This document shows positions 51,710 through 59,542 of a DNA stretch of 64,000 nt, one piece after another. Made by a program: the position numbers and the translations under genes. Location: NCBI GenBank assembly GCA_028716725.1, contig JAQUPG010000003.1, forward strand, positions 11,512 to 75,511. The letters are read 5' to 3'. The notes under the pieces are model-generated. The model ran no database searches and had not been told where the DNA came from. It worked only from the letters and a program-made list of their open reading frames with translations. Source of the DNA: Patescibacteria group bacterium. Lineage in GTDB: Bacteria > Patescibacteriota > Patescibacteriia > Patescibacteriales > JAQTRU01. Position 1 is the first letter of the stretch; every line of letters starts with the position of its first letter.

Positions 51710-52315
51710 TTATTTTTTCTTTCTTTTTTTGCGTTTAACCAAGTATATTATTATTCCAATGATTATAATAGGAACTACGAACGGTAAAGACATGAATAAT
51801 AACATAAACATTGCAAATTTATTTTGTTCAGCATTCCATTTTTTAGATTCTTCCGTTTCATTATCAAAGTACTTAGAAAAATTTTTTGTATTTGCGATTG
51901 TCGGTTCAGGATTGCCTAGATTCTTCCATTCGGCTAATACTTTTTCATAGTTTGAATCCTGTAATATTTTTTCATCTTGTTCGATGTCGTAAATTAACCA
52001 ACTGGAGTCATAGTAGCTTTTACCAATAATAAATTTTGGCTTATCGGATGTAGGTACGCCTATTGATGTTAAATTACCGAGTTTTTTAAATCCTTTAAAA
52101 TGGTATCTATCGTAGTTTTTGTATAAACTAAAACACGTTTGATCACCATAGTCTGGTGAACACACATCAGAAGGATTGCCAAAATTTATTAATATCTCTG
52201 AAGTGTAATAACATTCAGTATTAAATTCTCCCCAGCCAGCTAACCCAAAAGCAATCCTCGGCAAAAGAAAGAAAAAGCAAATACAAAAAATTTTAATCCA
52301 TCTAAATGTTTTCAT
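51710..52315 (-). CDS. Hypothetical AT-rich protein with N-terminal signal/TM and C-terminal TM anchor
   Basis: 201-aa ORF with a C-terminal MFMLLFMSLPFVVPIIIIGIIIYLVKRKKRKKK. Confidence 0.5.
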   Translation of the reverse strand: MKTFRWIKIFCICFFFLLPRIAFGLAGWGEFNTECYYTSEILINFGNPSDVCSPDYGDQTCFSLYKNYDRYHFKGFKKLGNLTSIGVPTSDKPKFIIGKSYYDSSWLIYDIEQDEKILQDSNYEKVLAEWKNLGNPEPTIANTKNFSKYFDNETEESKKWNAEQNKFAMFMLLFMSLPFVVPIIIIGIIIYLVKRKKRKKK

Positions 52316-52413
52316 TTGTTAAAAAAATCAGCACAATTTTGTACAACTCGTTTTTATACGAATTAATTGTTGATAATTGGCTTTTATTTGTATATTATGC
52401 GAAATTCTTTATT

Positions 52414-52460
52414 TTCTAAATTCTAAAACCTAAAATCTAATATCTAACACCCAACACCTA
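52414..52460. repeat. Heptamer array in perfect 7-nt phase abutting a stop codon
   Basis: TTCTAAA TTCTAAA ACCTAAA ATCTAAT ATCTAAC ACCCAAC ACCTAG. Confidence 0.8.
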
Positions 52461-53231
52461 GAATCGTCGTTCCTTCCCCACAATAACATTCAAACTCCTA
52501 TTGACGCTTATTTCGGCCGGGGTGGGAATTTCAACGGCGTTATCTAAGATAATCGGGTGCTTTTGGTTTATAATCGTTAATTTTTTTAAAGAAAAAAAGC
52601 TTTGGTTGGAGGAAGGGTTTAAGTTTGAAAATTTTCTTCCTCCCTTGGTTTTTATATAGAGCTCTAAAGTTTTGTCTCGTGGGTTTGGTTTGGCTTCTTC
52701 GGGCAAATCGGAAAAGACCGAAAGATTTATGACGTTTATTTCTCCGGGCTCAAGTATTTCTATGGAATAATCTTTTTCAATTTCTAAAGTCGTGCCTTGG
52801 CTCGCGATTCTGGCTTGGGAGATAAAAAAATTTCTGCCGGCCTGGGCGATATCCAGTTTTTCCAGGCGGCGGGCGGAGAGAACGTCTCCGGCTTCTTCTT
52901 CGCGGCCGATGCCTAAAGTTTCGGCAATGGTATTGCCCTCGTTTCCGACCGGAATAATGCCCAAAGGGGTTTCCACCTTCATCTGATTATTTATTTCCGC
53001 GTTAATAATGGCGTTAATTATCTTATTAACGGTCTGGTCGCTGCCGACCGCGACAATAGTTTTGGCTCCCCTCTTTATTTCGTTCTCCACGGCTTCGTTG
53101 ATATTTTCCAAAAGCCCTAAGCGGATAATTTTTCCGTTCAGGCCCAAGTCCGTAATTCGGGTTTCAATGCGCGCCAAAGCATTATCGTATTTTTTTGTAT
53201 TTACGTAATCGTCGTAAATGTAAATATGCAT
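52458..53231 (-). CDS. Diacylglycerol-kinase/YegS-like lipid kinase family protein
   Basis: ..TIVAVGSDQTVNKIINA...PLGIIPVG..N..A..LGI pattern (GGDGT-like motif degenerated to GSDQT). Confidence 0.55.
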   Translation of the reverse strand: MHIYIYDDYVNTKKYDNALARIETRITDLGLNGKIIRLGLLENINEAVENEIKRGAKTIVAVGSDQTVNKIINAIINAEINNQMKVETPLGIIPVGNEGNTIAETLGIGREEEAGDVLSARRLEKLDIAQAGRNFFISQARIASQGTTLEIEKDYSIEILEPGEINVINLSVFSDLPEEAKPNPRDKTLELYIKTKGGRKFSNLNPSSNQSFFSLKKLTIINQKHPIILDNAVEIPTPAEISVNRSLNVIVGKERRF

Positions 53232-53286
53232 AGTCCAAGCTAAAAACTAAAAACGAAAAGTGAAAAACTTTTTTAAAGCGTTTTGT

Positions 53287-53661
53287 TTAACTCTTGATCT
53301 CTTCTTTTTTATCAGGGATCATGGTGCATTTGCCGTTTAGGATTGCTCCCCTTTCAATAGACAGGGAGGAGCATTCAATATCCCCGAAGATTTTGGCTGT
53401 GCCGACAACTTCCATATACTTTTTAATTTTTACGTTGCCCATAACTTCCCCGCCGATTCTGGCTTCGCGCGCCTCAATAGTGGCGGCAATCTTGGCTTTG
53501 TCCCCGATAAAGACGTCGCCGTTGGTTTTTAGGCTGCCTTCCAAAATTCCTTCCACGACAATATTGCCCTGGCCGTTGAAATTGCCCTTAACCTTGATTG
53601 ACGGCCCGATAATGGTTTCCACCTCCTTGATTTTTTCTTTGTCGCCCTGTGATTTAAACAT
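53287..53661 (-). CDS. Bactofilin (polymer-forming cytoskeletal protein)
   Basis: Repetitive beta-helix pattern (I.G.V.G....G.V.I...A.I.G.I). Confidence 0.8.
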   Translation of the reverse strand: MFKSQGDKEKIKEVETIIGPSIKVKGNFNGQGNIVVEGILEGSLKTNGDVFIGDKAKIAATIEAREARIGGEVMGNVKIKKYMEVVGTAKIFGDIECSSLSIERGAILNGKCTMIPDKKEEIKS

Positions 53662-53881
53662 AGTTTTTTAGGCAGGCAAATCCCCCTTTTGCCCGATTTT
53701 ATTTGCCTTTTAGAGTTATCATTTTAAAATCCTCCTACCAGTTCATTGTAATTTACTGCCCGGGGTTTGTCAAAAGTAAAAATATAGGTTAAGATAGTAT
53801 TTAGAGTGTGGATTTCTAATGAATTCACTTTTTATTTTTAGGCAATCTTGTTTTTTATAGCTCTTGCGGCCCGGCGCGCCT

Positions 53882-53953
53882 GCTCTTGTAGTTCAATGGA
53901 TAGAACAAGGGACTCCTAAGCCCTAGACGCAGGTCCGATTCCTGCCAAGAGCA
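53882..53953 (+). tRNA. tRNA-Arg(CCT) with atypical T-loop TCCGATT
   Basis: GCTCTTG-TA-GTTC-AATGGATA-GAAC-A-AGGGA-CTCCTAA-GCCCT-AGAC-GCAGG-TCCGATT-CCTGC-CAAGAGC-A, with an A31/G39 mismatch. Confidence 0.75.
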
Positions 53954-54197
53954 CAAAGATAAACAGGAAGGTTGTTTTTGTCTGAGACTGGTTTATAATT
54001 AGAAAAGTCCACGTTCTTGTAGACTTAAGTCATAGTTTGATAATGTTTTATTGATTTTTTATTTAATATTAGCCAAAAAGTTAATTTTATCTTATCAAAT
54101 AGTTTACCCCGTTAGAAAAGCAGGGTTTTCTTATGGGGTTTTACGTAGAACATAAATTAGTTAATTGTTAATTGTTAAAAGTTAATGGTTAATACCC

Positions 54198-54271
54198 GGG
54201 CCTTTAGCTCAGCTGGCTAGAGCACTTCCATGGCATGGAAGGGGTCAAGGGTTCAAATCCCTTAAGGTCCA
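54198..54271 (+). tRNA. tRNA-Ala(GGC)
   Basis: Acceptor GGGCCTT/AAGGTCC with G3:U70, anticodon arm CTTCC-ATGGCAT-GGAAG. Confidence 0.85.
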
Positions 54272-54418
54272 CACGTTTAATTTCAGATTTAAGATTTTAG
54301 ATTGTAGATTTAGGAATTTTAGCTGATATTAACAAAAAGTTCTTTGTAGAACATTCAAGGAGCAGTAAAATTAGTGGTATTTTAACAACCATTAAACCAT
54401 AGTATAAGGAGGCGTGAC

Positions 54419-54673
54419 ATGGCGCATGTAGTGAGTTCCTATCTTGTCGGGTGTTCTGGATGCGATGCCAAGGTTCTTGTTATTACTTGGTCCTGCGGCT
54501 GCGTGCAGGTTGTTAACCCCAACAGCGGTGCGCAAGACGAGAAGACATTTGGGCATTTTGAAAATTGCAAAAGCCTAATGAATCGGGTGCTTTTTACCGG
54601 TTTTGAAAGGTTATGCACCACAAAAATGGTGGAAAGCGATAAAAATGATCCCAAAAAACATCCTGACACCTGA
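54419..54673 (+). CDS. Hypothetical Cys-rich small protein (GC-rich orphan with strong SD)
   Basis: 84-aa ORF with 7 Cys (CSGC, SCGC...). ataAGGAGGcgtgacATG precedes it, and its own terminator follows. Confidence 0.55.
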   Translation: MAHVVSSYLVGCSGCDAKVLVITWSCGCVQVVNPNSGAQDEKTFGHFENCKSLMNRVLFTGFERLCTTKMVESDKNDPKKHPDT

Positions 54674-54697
54674 AATCCAGTGATCCCTTTTTGTTTT

Positions 54698-54726
54698 AAA
54701 CCCCGAGATAACTTCGGGGTTTTTTA
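54698..54726 (+). terminator. Intrinsic terminator
   Basis: AAACCCCGA-gataac-TTCGGGGTTTTTTAT. Confidence 0.85.
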
Positions 54727-55031
54727 TTTGGGTAATTGTTTTTCGTAGAACATTATCCTCTGTAAGAAGTCCCCCTTCGAAAGGGGGATAAAGGGGGTTT
54801 AAAAACCTCCCCATCCCTCCTTTACAAGGAGGGCAACGCTCCATCAAAAGGGGGTTGAGTCCCTTTGATACTAGAGACTTTAGTCCACGTTTTTGTAGAC
54901 TTAAAGTCATTTTTTATAATTTGGGGATAAGTCCACGTTTTAGTGGACTTTTCTTTTTATTTTAGCTAATGTTAGCTAAAATTATAGTCGTGGATAACCT
55001 GGGGAAAGAGAAGTTTATTTTTACAAATAGC

Positions 55032-55060
55032 TTGACAAATAAAAGAAACCCTGATATTAT
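55032..55060 (+). promoter_or_regulatory. Sigma70-type promoter
   Basis: TTGACA, 17 nt, TATTAT. Confidence 0.6.
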
Positions 55061-55101
55061 GTAATGTTTATGCAGGCAAATTCACAAAGAGGAGGCAGGC
55101 C

Positions 55102-55560
55102 ATGTTTACTAAGTATAAGGGATACTTCAAGGTAGTTGATTTGTTGAGCGTTTTGACTTTTATTTTTCTCTGGCTCAAGTCCAACGGCTATTTCGACGGC
55201 CAGGCATCTACTATTACACTGGTCGTGTTTTGGACTTGTCTGCGGGAATATGTGAGTGTCAACGGCGCAGAGAGGCAGTTAAAAATTCCGAGAAAAGGAA
55301 GGAACGGCGGTTGGTGGGTGATTATCTGGTATTTATTCGCAGTCTTGATTGTAGTTTTTAACTTTTTAAACCCCGATAAATATAATATTCCTGCTTCAGA
55401 ATTGATCGCGGGTTTAACCTTCGTAACCGAGGAATATATACGTTCCATAAAGTTAAGGAAAATGCAAATTTCGGGGAATGCCGTTTCCTCTCCCTCCGCT
55501 GATGCTATCGTTATTTCGATTTCTCCCTCTATATTTATCCAACTTTTTCACAAAGAATAA
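55102..55560 (+). CDS. Hypothetical membrane protein (orphan with strong SD)
   Basis: 152 aa with 3-4 TM helices. aaaGAGGAGGcaggccATG precedes it, and its own terminator follows. Confidence 0.55.
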   Translation: MFTKYKGYFKVVDLLSVLTFIFLWLKSNGYFDGQASTITLVVFWTCLREYVSVNGAERQLKIPRKGRNGGWWVIIWYLFAVLIVVFNFLNPDKYNIPASELIAGLTFVTEEYIRSIKLRKMQISGNAVSSPSADAIVISISPSIFIQLFHKE

Positions 55561-55570
55561 CCGCCTGCAT

Positions 55571-55604
55571 AAAAACCCCGAGAAATTCTCTCTCGGGGTT
55601 TTTT
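55571..55604 (+). terminator. Intrinsic terminator
   Basis: AAAAACCCCGAGA-aattctc-TCTCGGGGTTTTTTC. Confidence 0.85.
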
Positions 55605-55732
55605 CTTGCCTAAAAATATAAAAGACTATACAATAGGGCTATAATAAGATAATAAAAAGATAACGTGCCCCGTTAGAAATAATTTTGGACTGGGCCAATG
55701 CGGGGGATATTAAAATATAAAGATATTATTTT

Positions 55733-56689
55733 ATGGAGAAAAAAAATGACAAAATTTCTAACGGGGTTTACGACACCATAATAATCGGCGCCGGGCCGGC
55801 CGGCATGACCGCGGCCATTTATGCGGCCCGCCGGGAAATGAAAACCCTGGTAATCGGCAAAGAACTGGGCGGGCAGATGGCCTGGGCTTCGGCAATTGAA
55901 AATTATCCCGGATTTTTATCAATTGAAAGTTTTGACCTGATAACAAAAATGCAGGCGCAGGTTAAAGGCGTGGGCGTGGAAATAGTAACAGGAGAAGTAA
56001 GCTCAATAGCGGAACGGAAAGATAAAACCTTTCTGCTGAAAGCCGGCAATAAGGAATATGAAGCAAAAACTATAATCGCGTGCCTGGGCATGGCTCCGCG
56101 CAAACTGGGCGTACCCGGAGAAAAAGAACTGAACGGAAAAGGAGTTTCTTATTGCGCCAATTGTGACGGGCCGTTTTTTAAAGGGAAAATAGTGGCGGTA
56201 GTCGGCGGAGGAAATGCGGCCTTGGATGCGGCGGAAATTTTATCGAAAATAGCGAGCAAGGTTTATTTAGTTCATCGCCATCAAGAGTTTAAGGGCTTTG
56301 AATATTTGATTGATGAGGTTAAAAAGAGGGAAAATATTGAGCTGGTTTTAGATTCTAAAATTAAAGAAATAATCGGGGAGAATAAAGTTGAAAAAATTAT
56401 CGTGGAAAATATAAAAGCCGGCGGCGAGCGGGAAATAACCTTGGACGGGGTGTTGGTGGAAATCGGGCGCGCCGCCAATACCGAGATATTGGAAGATTTT
56501 ATTGATCTTGACCCGGAAAGTTTCATAATCGTGGATAAAAACCAGATGACTAGAACTGAAGGCCTTTTCGCGGCCGGAGATTTTACGAACGGGAGCGATT
56601 TTAAGCAGATTATAATCGCCGCGGCCCAGGGAGCGGTTGCGGCTTTGGGCGCTTACCAGTATTTGCAAATGAAAGAAGAAAAAGAATAA
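55733..56689 (+). CDS. trxB: Thioredoxin-disulfide reductase
   Basis: IIIGAGPAG, redox-active CANCDG, GGGNAALDAA and AAGD motifs. Confidence 0.9.
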   Translation: MEKKNDKISNGVYDTIIIGAGPAGMTAAIYAARREMKTLVIGKELGGQMAWASAIENYPGFLSIESFDLITKMQAQVKGVGVEIVTGEVSSIAERKDKTFLLKAGNKEYEAKTIIACLGMAPRKLGVPGEKELNGKGVSYCANCDGPFFKGKIVAVVGGGNAALDAAEILSKIASKVYLVHRHQEFKGFEYLIDEVKKRENIELVLDSKIKEIIGENKVEKIIVENIKAGGEREITLDGVLVEIGRAANTEILEDFIDLDPESFIIVDKNQMTRTEGLFAAGDFTNGSDFKQIIIAAAQGAVAALGAYQYLQMKEEKE

Positions 56690-56711
56690 AAAGCAATAAA
56701 AAATATAAAAT

Positions 56712-56748
56712 AAAGGCGGGATCCGCGGGGATTTCGCCTTTATTTTTT
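56712..56748 (+). terminator. Intrinsic terminator
   Basis: AAAGGCG-ggatccgcggggattt-CGCCTTTATTTTTT. Confidence 0.7.
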
Positions 56749-56853
56749 CATTATGAAGAAGAGGAAATTATTTAATGGAATTTTTTGAATATTGCGACTT
56801 AGATTTTTTTGTGTTACAATAAAGATATTAACAATTTTAGCGATTAAAACTAT

Positions 56854-58302
56854 ATGAGTTTTATATCTCAATCTGCTGGTTATTGGTTCTTAGCAATCTT
56901 CGGCATTGCTATGGTACTGGTAACTTGCATCTTCGCCAGATGGAAACAATGGCATTCTAAAGAAGGTTTTTTGGTGGCTAGCCGACAAGTTGGCTGGGGA
57001 ATTGGTTCGTCAAGCATTGCCGCCTCCTGGATATGGGCGCCCGCTCTTTTTGTTTCCGTCCAGCTTGCTTATCAAAAGGGATTGGCTGGTATTTTTTGGT
57101 TTACATTCCCAAATATTATTGCGCTGGCAATTTTTGCCATCCTGGCTCCGCGCATTAGGAAATTATTGCCCGAAGGTTATACTCTTCCACAATATATACG
57201 CTACCGTTTGGGGAGCGAAAAAGTGCATAAAATTTATCTTTTTCCGTACTTTTTTTATCAACTTATGGCGGTGACTGTTCAGCTTTTTGCCGGCGGAAGT
57301 TTAGTATCGCTTCTTACCGGCATTCCACTTACAATAGTTATGCCAATTTTGGCAGTCATCGCCTTAGTTTATACGCTTATTTCTGGGCTTGAAGCTTCAG
57401 TGGTTACGGATTTTGTACAACTGGCTATGATTTTTGTAATCGGCGCAATTATTTTACCAATGACCTGGGTAGCAGCTGGTGGTGCTTCAGCAATTAGTGC
57501 AGGTTTGTCTGGGATTGAAGGAATAAAAAATATTTTCGATCCGGGCGTAGCCTTCTCGCTCGGCATTGTTACCGCAATCGGTTTAATTGCGGGCGCCATA
57601 TCTGATCAGCAATACTGGCAAAGGACTTTTGCTATTAAAAAAAATCAACTAGTCAGAGCCTTTATCGTCGGGGCATTACTTTTTGGCATTGTCCCGGTTG
57701 CCTTATCAACTCTTGGTTTTTTAGCCGCTAACCCTGCCTTAAATGTTGTTTTGCCGGCGGGCGTTGATGTTTCAATGATTGGTGTGCAAACAGTTGCTAA
57801 TTTATTGCCAACATGGGCAGTATTTCTGTTTGTTGTAATGCTCCTTTCTGGTCTTAGTTCTACGCTTGATTCTGGTTTATCCGCCGCAAGTTCTTTATGG
57901 GTTACTGATGTTAAAAAATCAAGAAACGATAATGAGGCTATAAAATCGGCAAGGGCGGCAATGTTTGGGATTTCAATTGTCGGTTTAGCTATTGCTTACG
58001 CGGTTTACTTTATCCCGCAGTTTGGTTTATTTCATCTCTGGTGGGTATTTAACACGATCGCTGCTTGTGTGGTTGTGCCAACCGTGCTAAGTCTTTATTG
58101 GAGCAGGCTTGATGCTAGAGGCGTATTTTGGGGTGTATTAGTCGCTTTTGTAGTTGGCTTACCCCTTTTTATTTACGGCAATATCATAGATAAACCAGTT
58201 TGGACTGTCGGAGCTTCATTATTTATTATTGTTGTCAGCACAGTTTTTTGTCTGTCAATGCCAAGAAAAACCGCGTGGCAATCTACGGAAAAATCTGAGT
58301 AA
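56854..58302 (+). CDS. Sodium:solute symporter family transporter
   Basis: 482-aa polytopic ORF of about 13 TM helices with SSF-like N-terminal motifs (LVASRQVGWGIGSSSIAASWIWA). Confidence 0.65.
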   Translation: MSFISQSAGYWFLAIFGIAMVLVTCIFARWKQWHSKEGFLVASRQVGWGIGSSSIAASWIWAPALFVSVQLAYQKGLAGIFWFTFPNIIALAIFAILAPRIRKLLPEGYTLPQYIRYRLGSEKVHKIYLFPYFFYQLMAVTVQLFAGGSLVSLLTGIPLTIVMPILAVIALVYTLISGLEASVVTDFVQLAMIFVIGAIILPMTWVAAGGASAISAGLSGIEGIKNIFDPGVAFSLGIVTAIGLIAGAISDQQYWQRTFAIKKNQLVRAFIVGALLFGIVPVALSTLGFLAANPALNVVLPAGVDVSMIGVQTVANLLPTWAVFLFVVMLLSGLSSTLDSGLSAASSLWVTDVKKSRNDNEAIKSARAAMFGISIVGLAIAYAVYFIPQFGLFHLWWVFNTIAACVVVPTVLSLYWSRLDARGVFWGVLVAFVVGLPLFIYGNIIDKPVWTVGASLFIIVVSTVFCLSMPRKTAWQSTEKSE

Positions 58303-58393
58303 AGATGTTTATTATTTAAATAGAGAGTTTTCACAGCTGTCTTTTCTTTCCAGGAGCAGCGGTTTTTTTATTTTGGTATGTTATAATAGAAAT

Positions 58394-59026
58394 ATGTTAG
58401 ACCTTAACCAGGAAAACAGGATATTTAGCCAGGGCTATAAATTAATTGCCAGTTTGGACGAAGCAGGCCGCGGGCCTTTAGCCGGTCCGGTCGTGGCCGC
58501 CTGCATAGTTTTGCCGGCCGGGTTTGAGGTGAATGAAGAAAAATTAAAATTGATTGCGGACTCTAAAATTTTAAACGCTTCCCGGCGGGAAGAATTATTT
58601 TCCGTTATTAGCGAACAATTCGGAGTCGGGATCGGCATCTGTGATAATAAAACCATTGATAAAATAAATATTTTTCAGGCCTCTTTTCTGGCCATGAAAA
58701 AAGCTTTGGGGGCTTTAAAACAAAAACCGGATTTTGTTTTATTGGACGGCGGGTTTAAAATCCCAAATTATACGGGCGAGCAGAAAAATATTATAAAAGG
58801 GGACAGCTTGGTTTTCTCCATCGCGGCCGCTTCTATAATCGCTAAAGTGACCCGGGATAATTTAATGAAACAGTTCCATGAAAAATATCCGCAATACGGC
58901 TTTGACCAGCATAAAGGCTATGGGACAAAATTGCATTTAGTTAATTTAAAAAAATACGGACCTTGTCCGATTCATCGTTTTAGTTTCGGCCCGGTGGCCG
59001 ATTTAAATAATATAAAAATAAAATAA
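58394..59026 (+). CDS. rnhB: Ribonuclease HII
   Basis: DEAGRGPLAGPVVAA and DSK motifs. The ATG at 58394 is used because the listed 58229 start overlaps the transporter. Confidence 0.9.
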   Translation: MLDLNQENRIFSQGYKLIASLDEAGRGPLAGPVVAACIVLPAGFEVNEEKLKLIADSKILNASRREELFSVISEQFGVGIGICDNKTIDKINIFQASFLAMKKALGALKQKPDFVLLDGGFKIPNYTGEQKNIIKGDSLVFSIAAASIIAKVTRDNLMKQFHEKYPQYGFDQHKGYGTKLHLVNLKKYGPCPIHRFSFGPVADLNNIKIK

Positions 59027-59091
59027 TAAAATAACAAAATAAAGAGCTGGTCATTTTTTATATTATTTTATTATTTTATTATTTTAACATT

Positions 59092-59367
59092 ATGGCGAAT
59101 AAAAAAAGTTTTACAAGCGAGGAAGCAAAAAATATCGGCGAGTCTTTAGGCATTGACTGGAGCAAATTTGACGTGGAACAATTCCGGGCCGGAATGGACG
59201 TGGAATTGGAGCACGGTTTGGTTGACCAACACACTAACGTTACTGATGACGATCCGCTGGTAACCGGAAAAATCGCCTTGGCGCACCTGAATGAATTTCC
59301 CGATTATTATACAAGATTGGAAGAAATGGAAAAAGAGGGCGAAAAATATTGGGGAGGCAAGAAATAG
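59092..59367 (+). CDS. Conserved small hypothetical protein
   Basis: 91-aa ORF with a G.DVELEHG....T.VT.DD....GKIALAHL.E.PDYYT.L motif. Its own terminator is at 59381-59413. Confidence 0.55.
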   Translation: MANKKSFTSEEAKNIGESLGIDWSKFDVEQFRAGMDVELEHGLVDQHTNVTDDDPLVTGKIALAHLNEFPDYYTRLEEMEKEGEKYWGGKK

Positions 59368-59542
59368 TTTTTTACCGGGAAAAATAACCCTGGTGATCCT
59401 GGGTTATTTTTTTATTGACGTTTTAGGAAAATTGTTGTAAAGTTAAATAAAATAAAGAATTCGTTTTATCAAATTTTAGGGCAAAAGCCCTTTTTTAAGA
59501 CTTGCCCTGTGCCCTTGGGTGGCGCATGGTTTTCCCTTCCCT

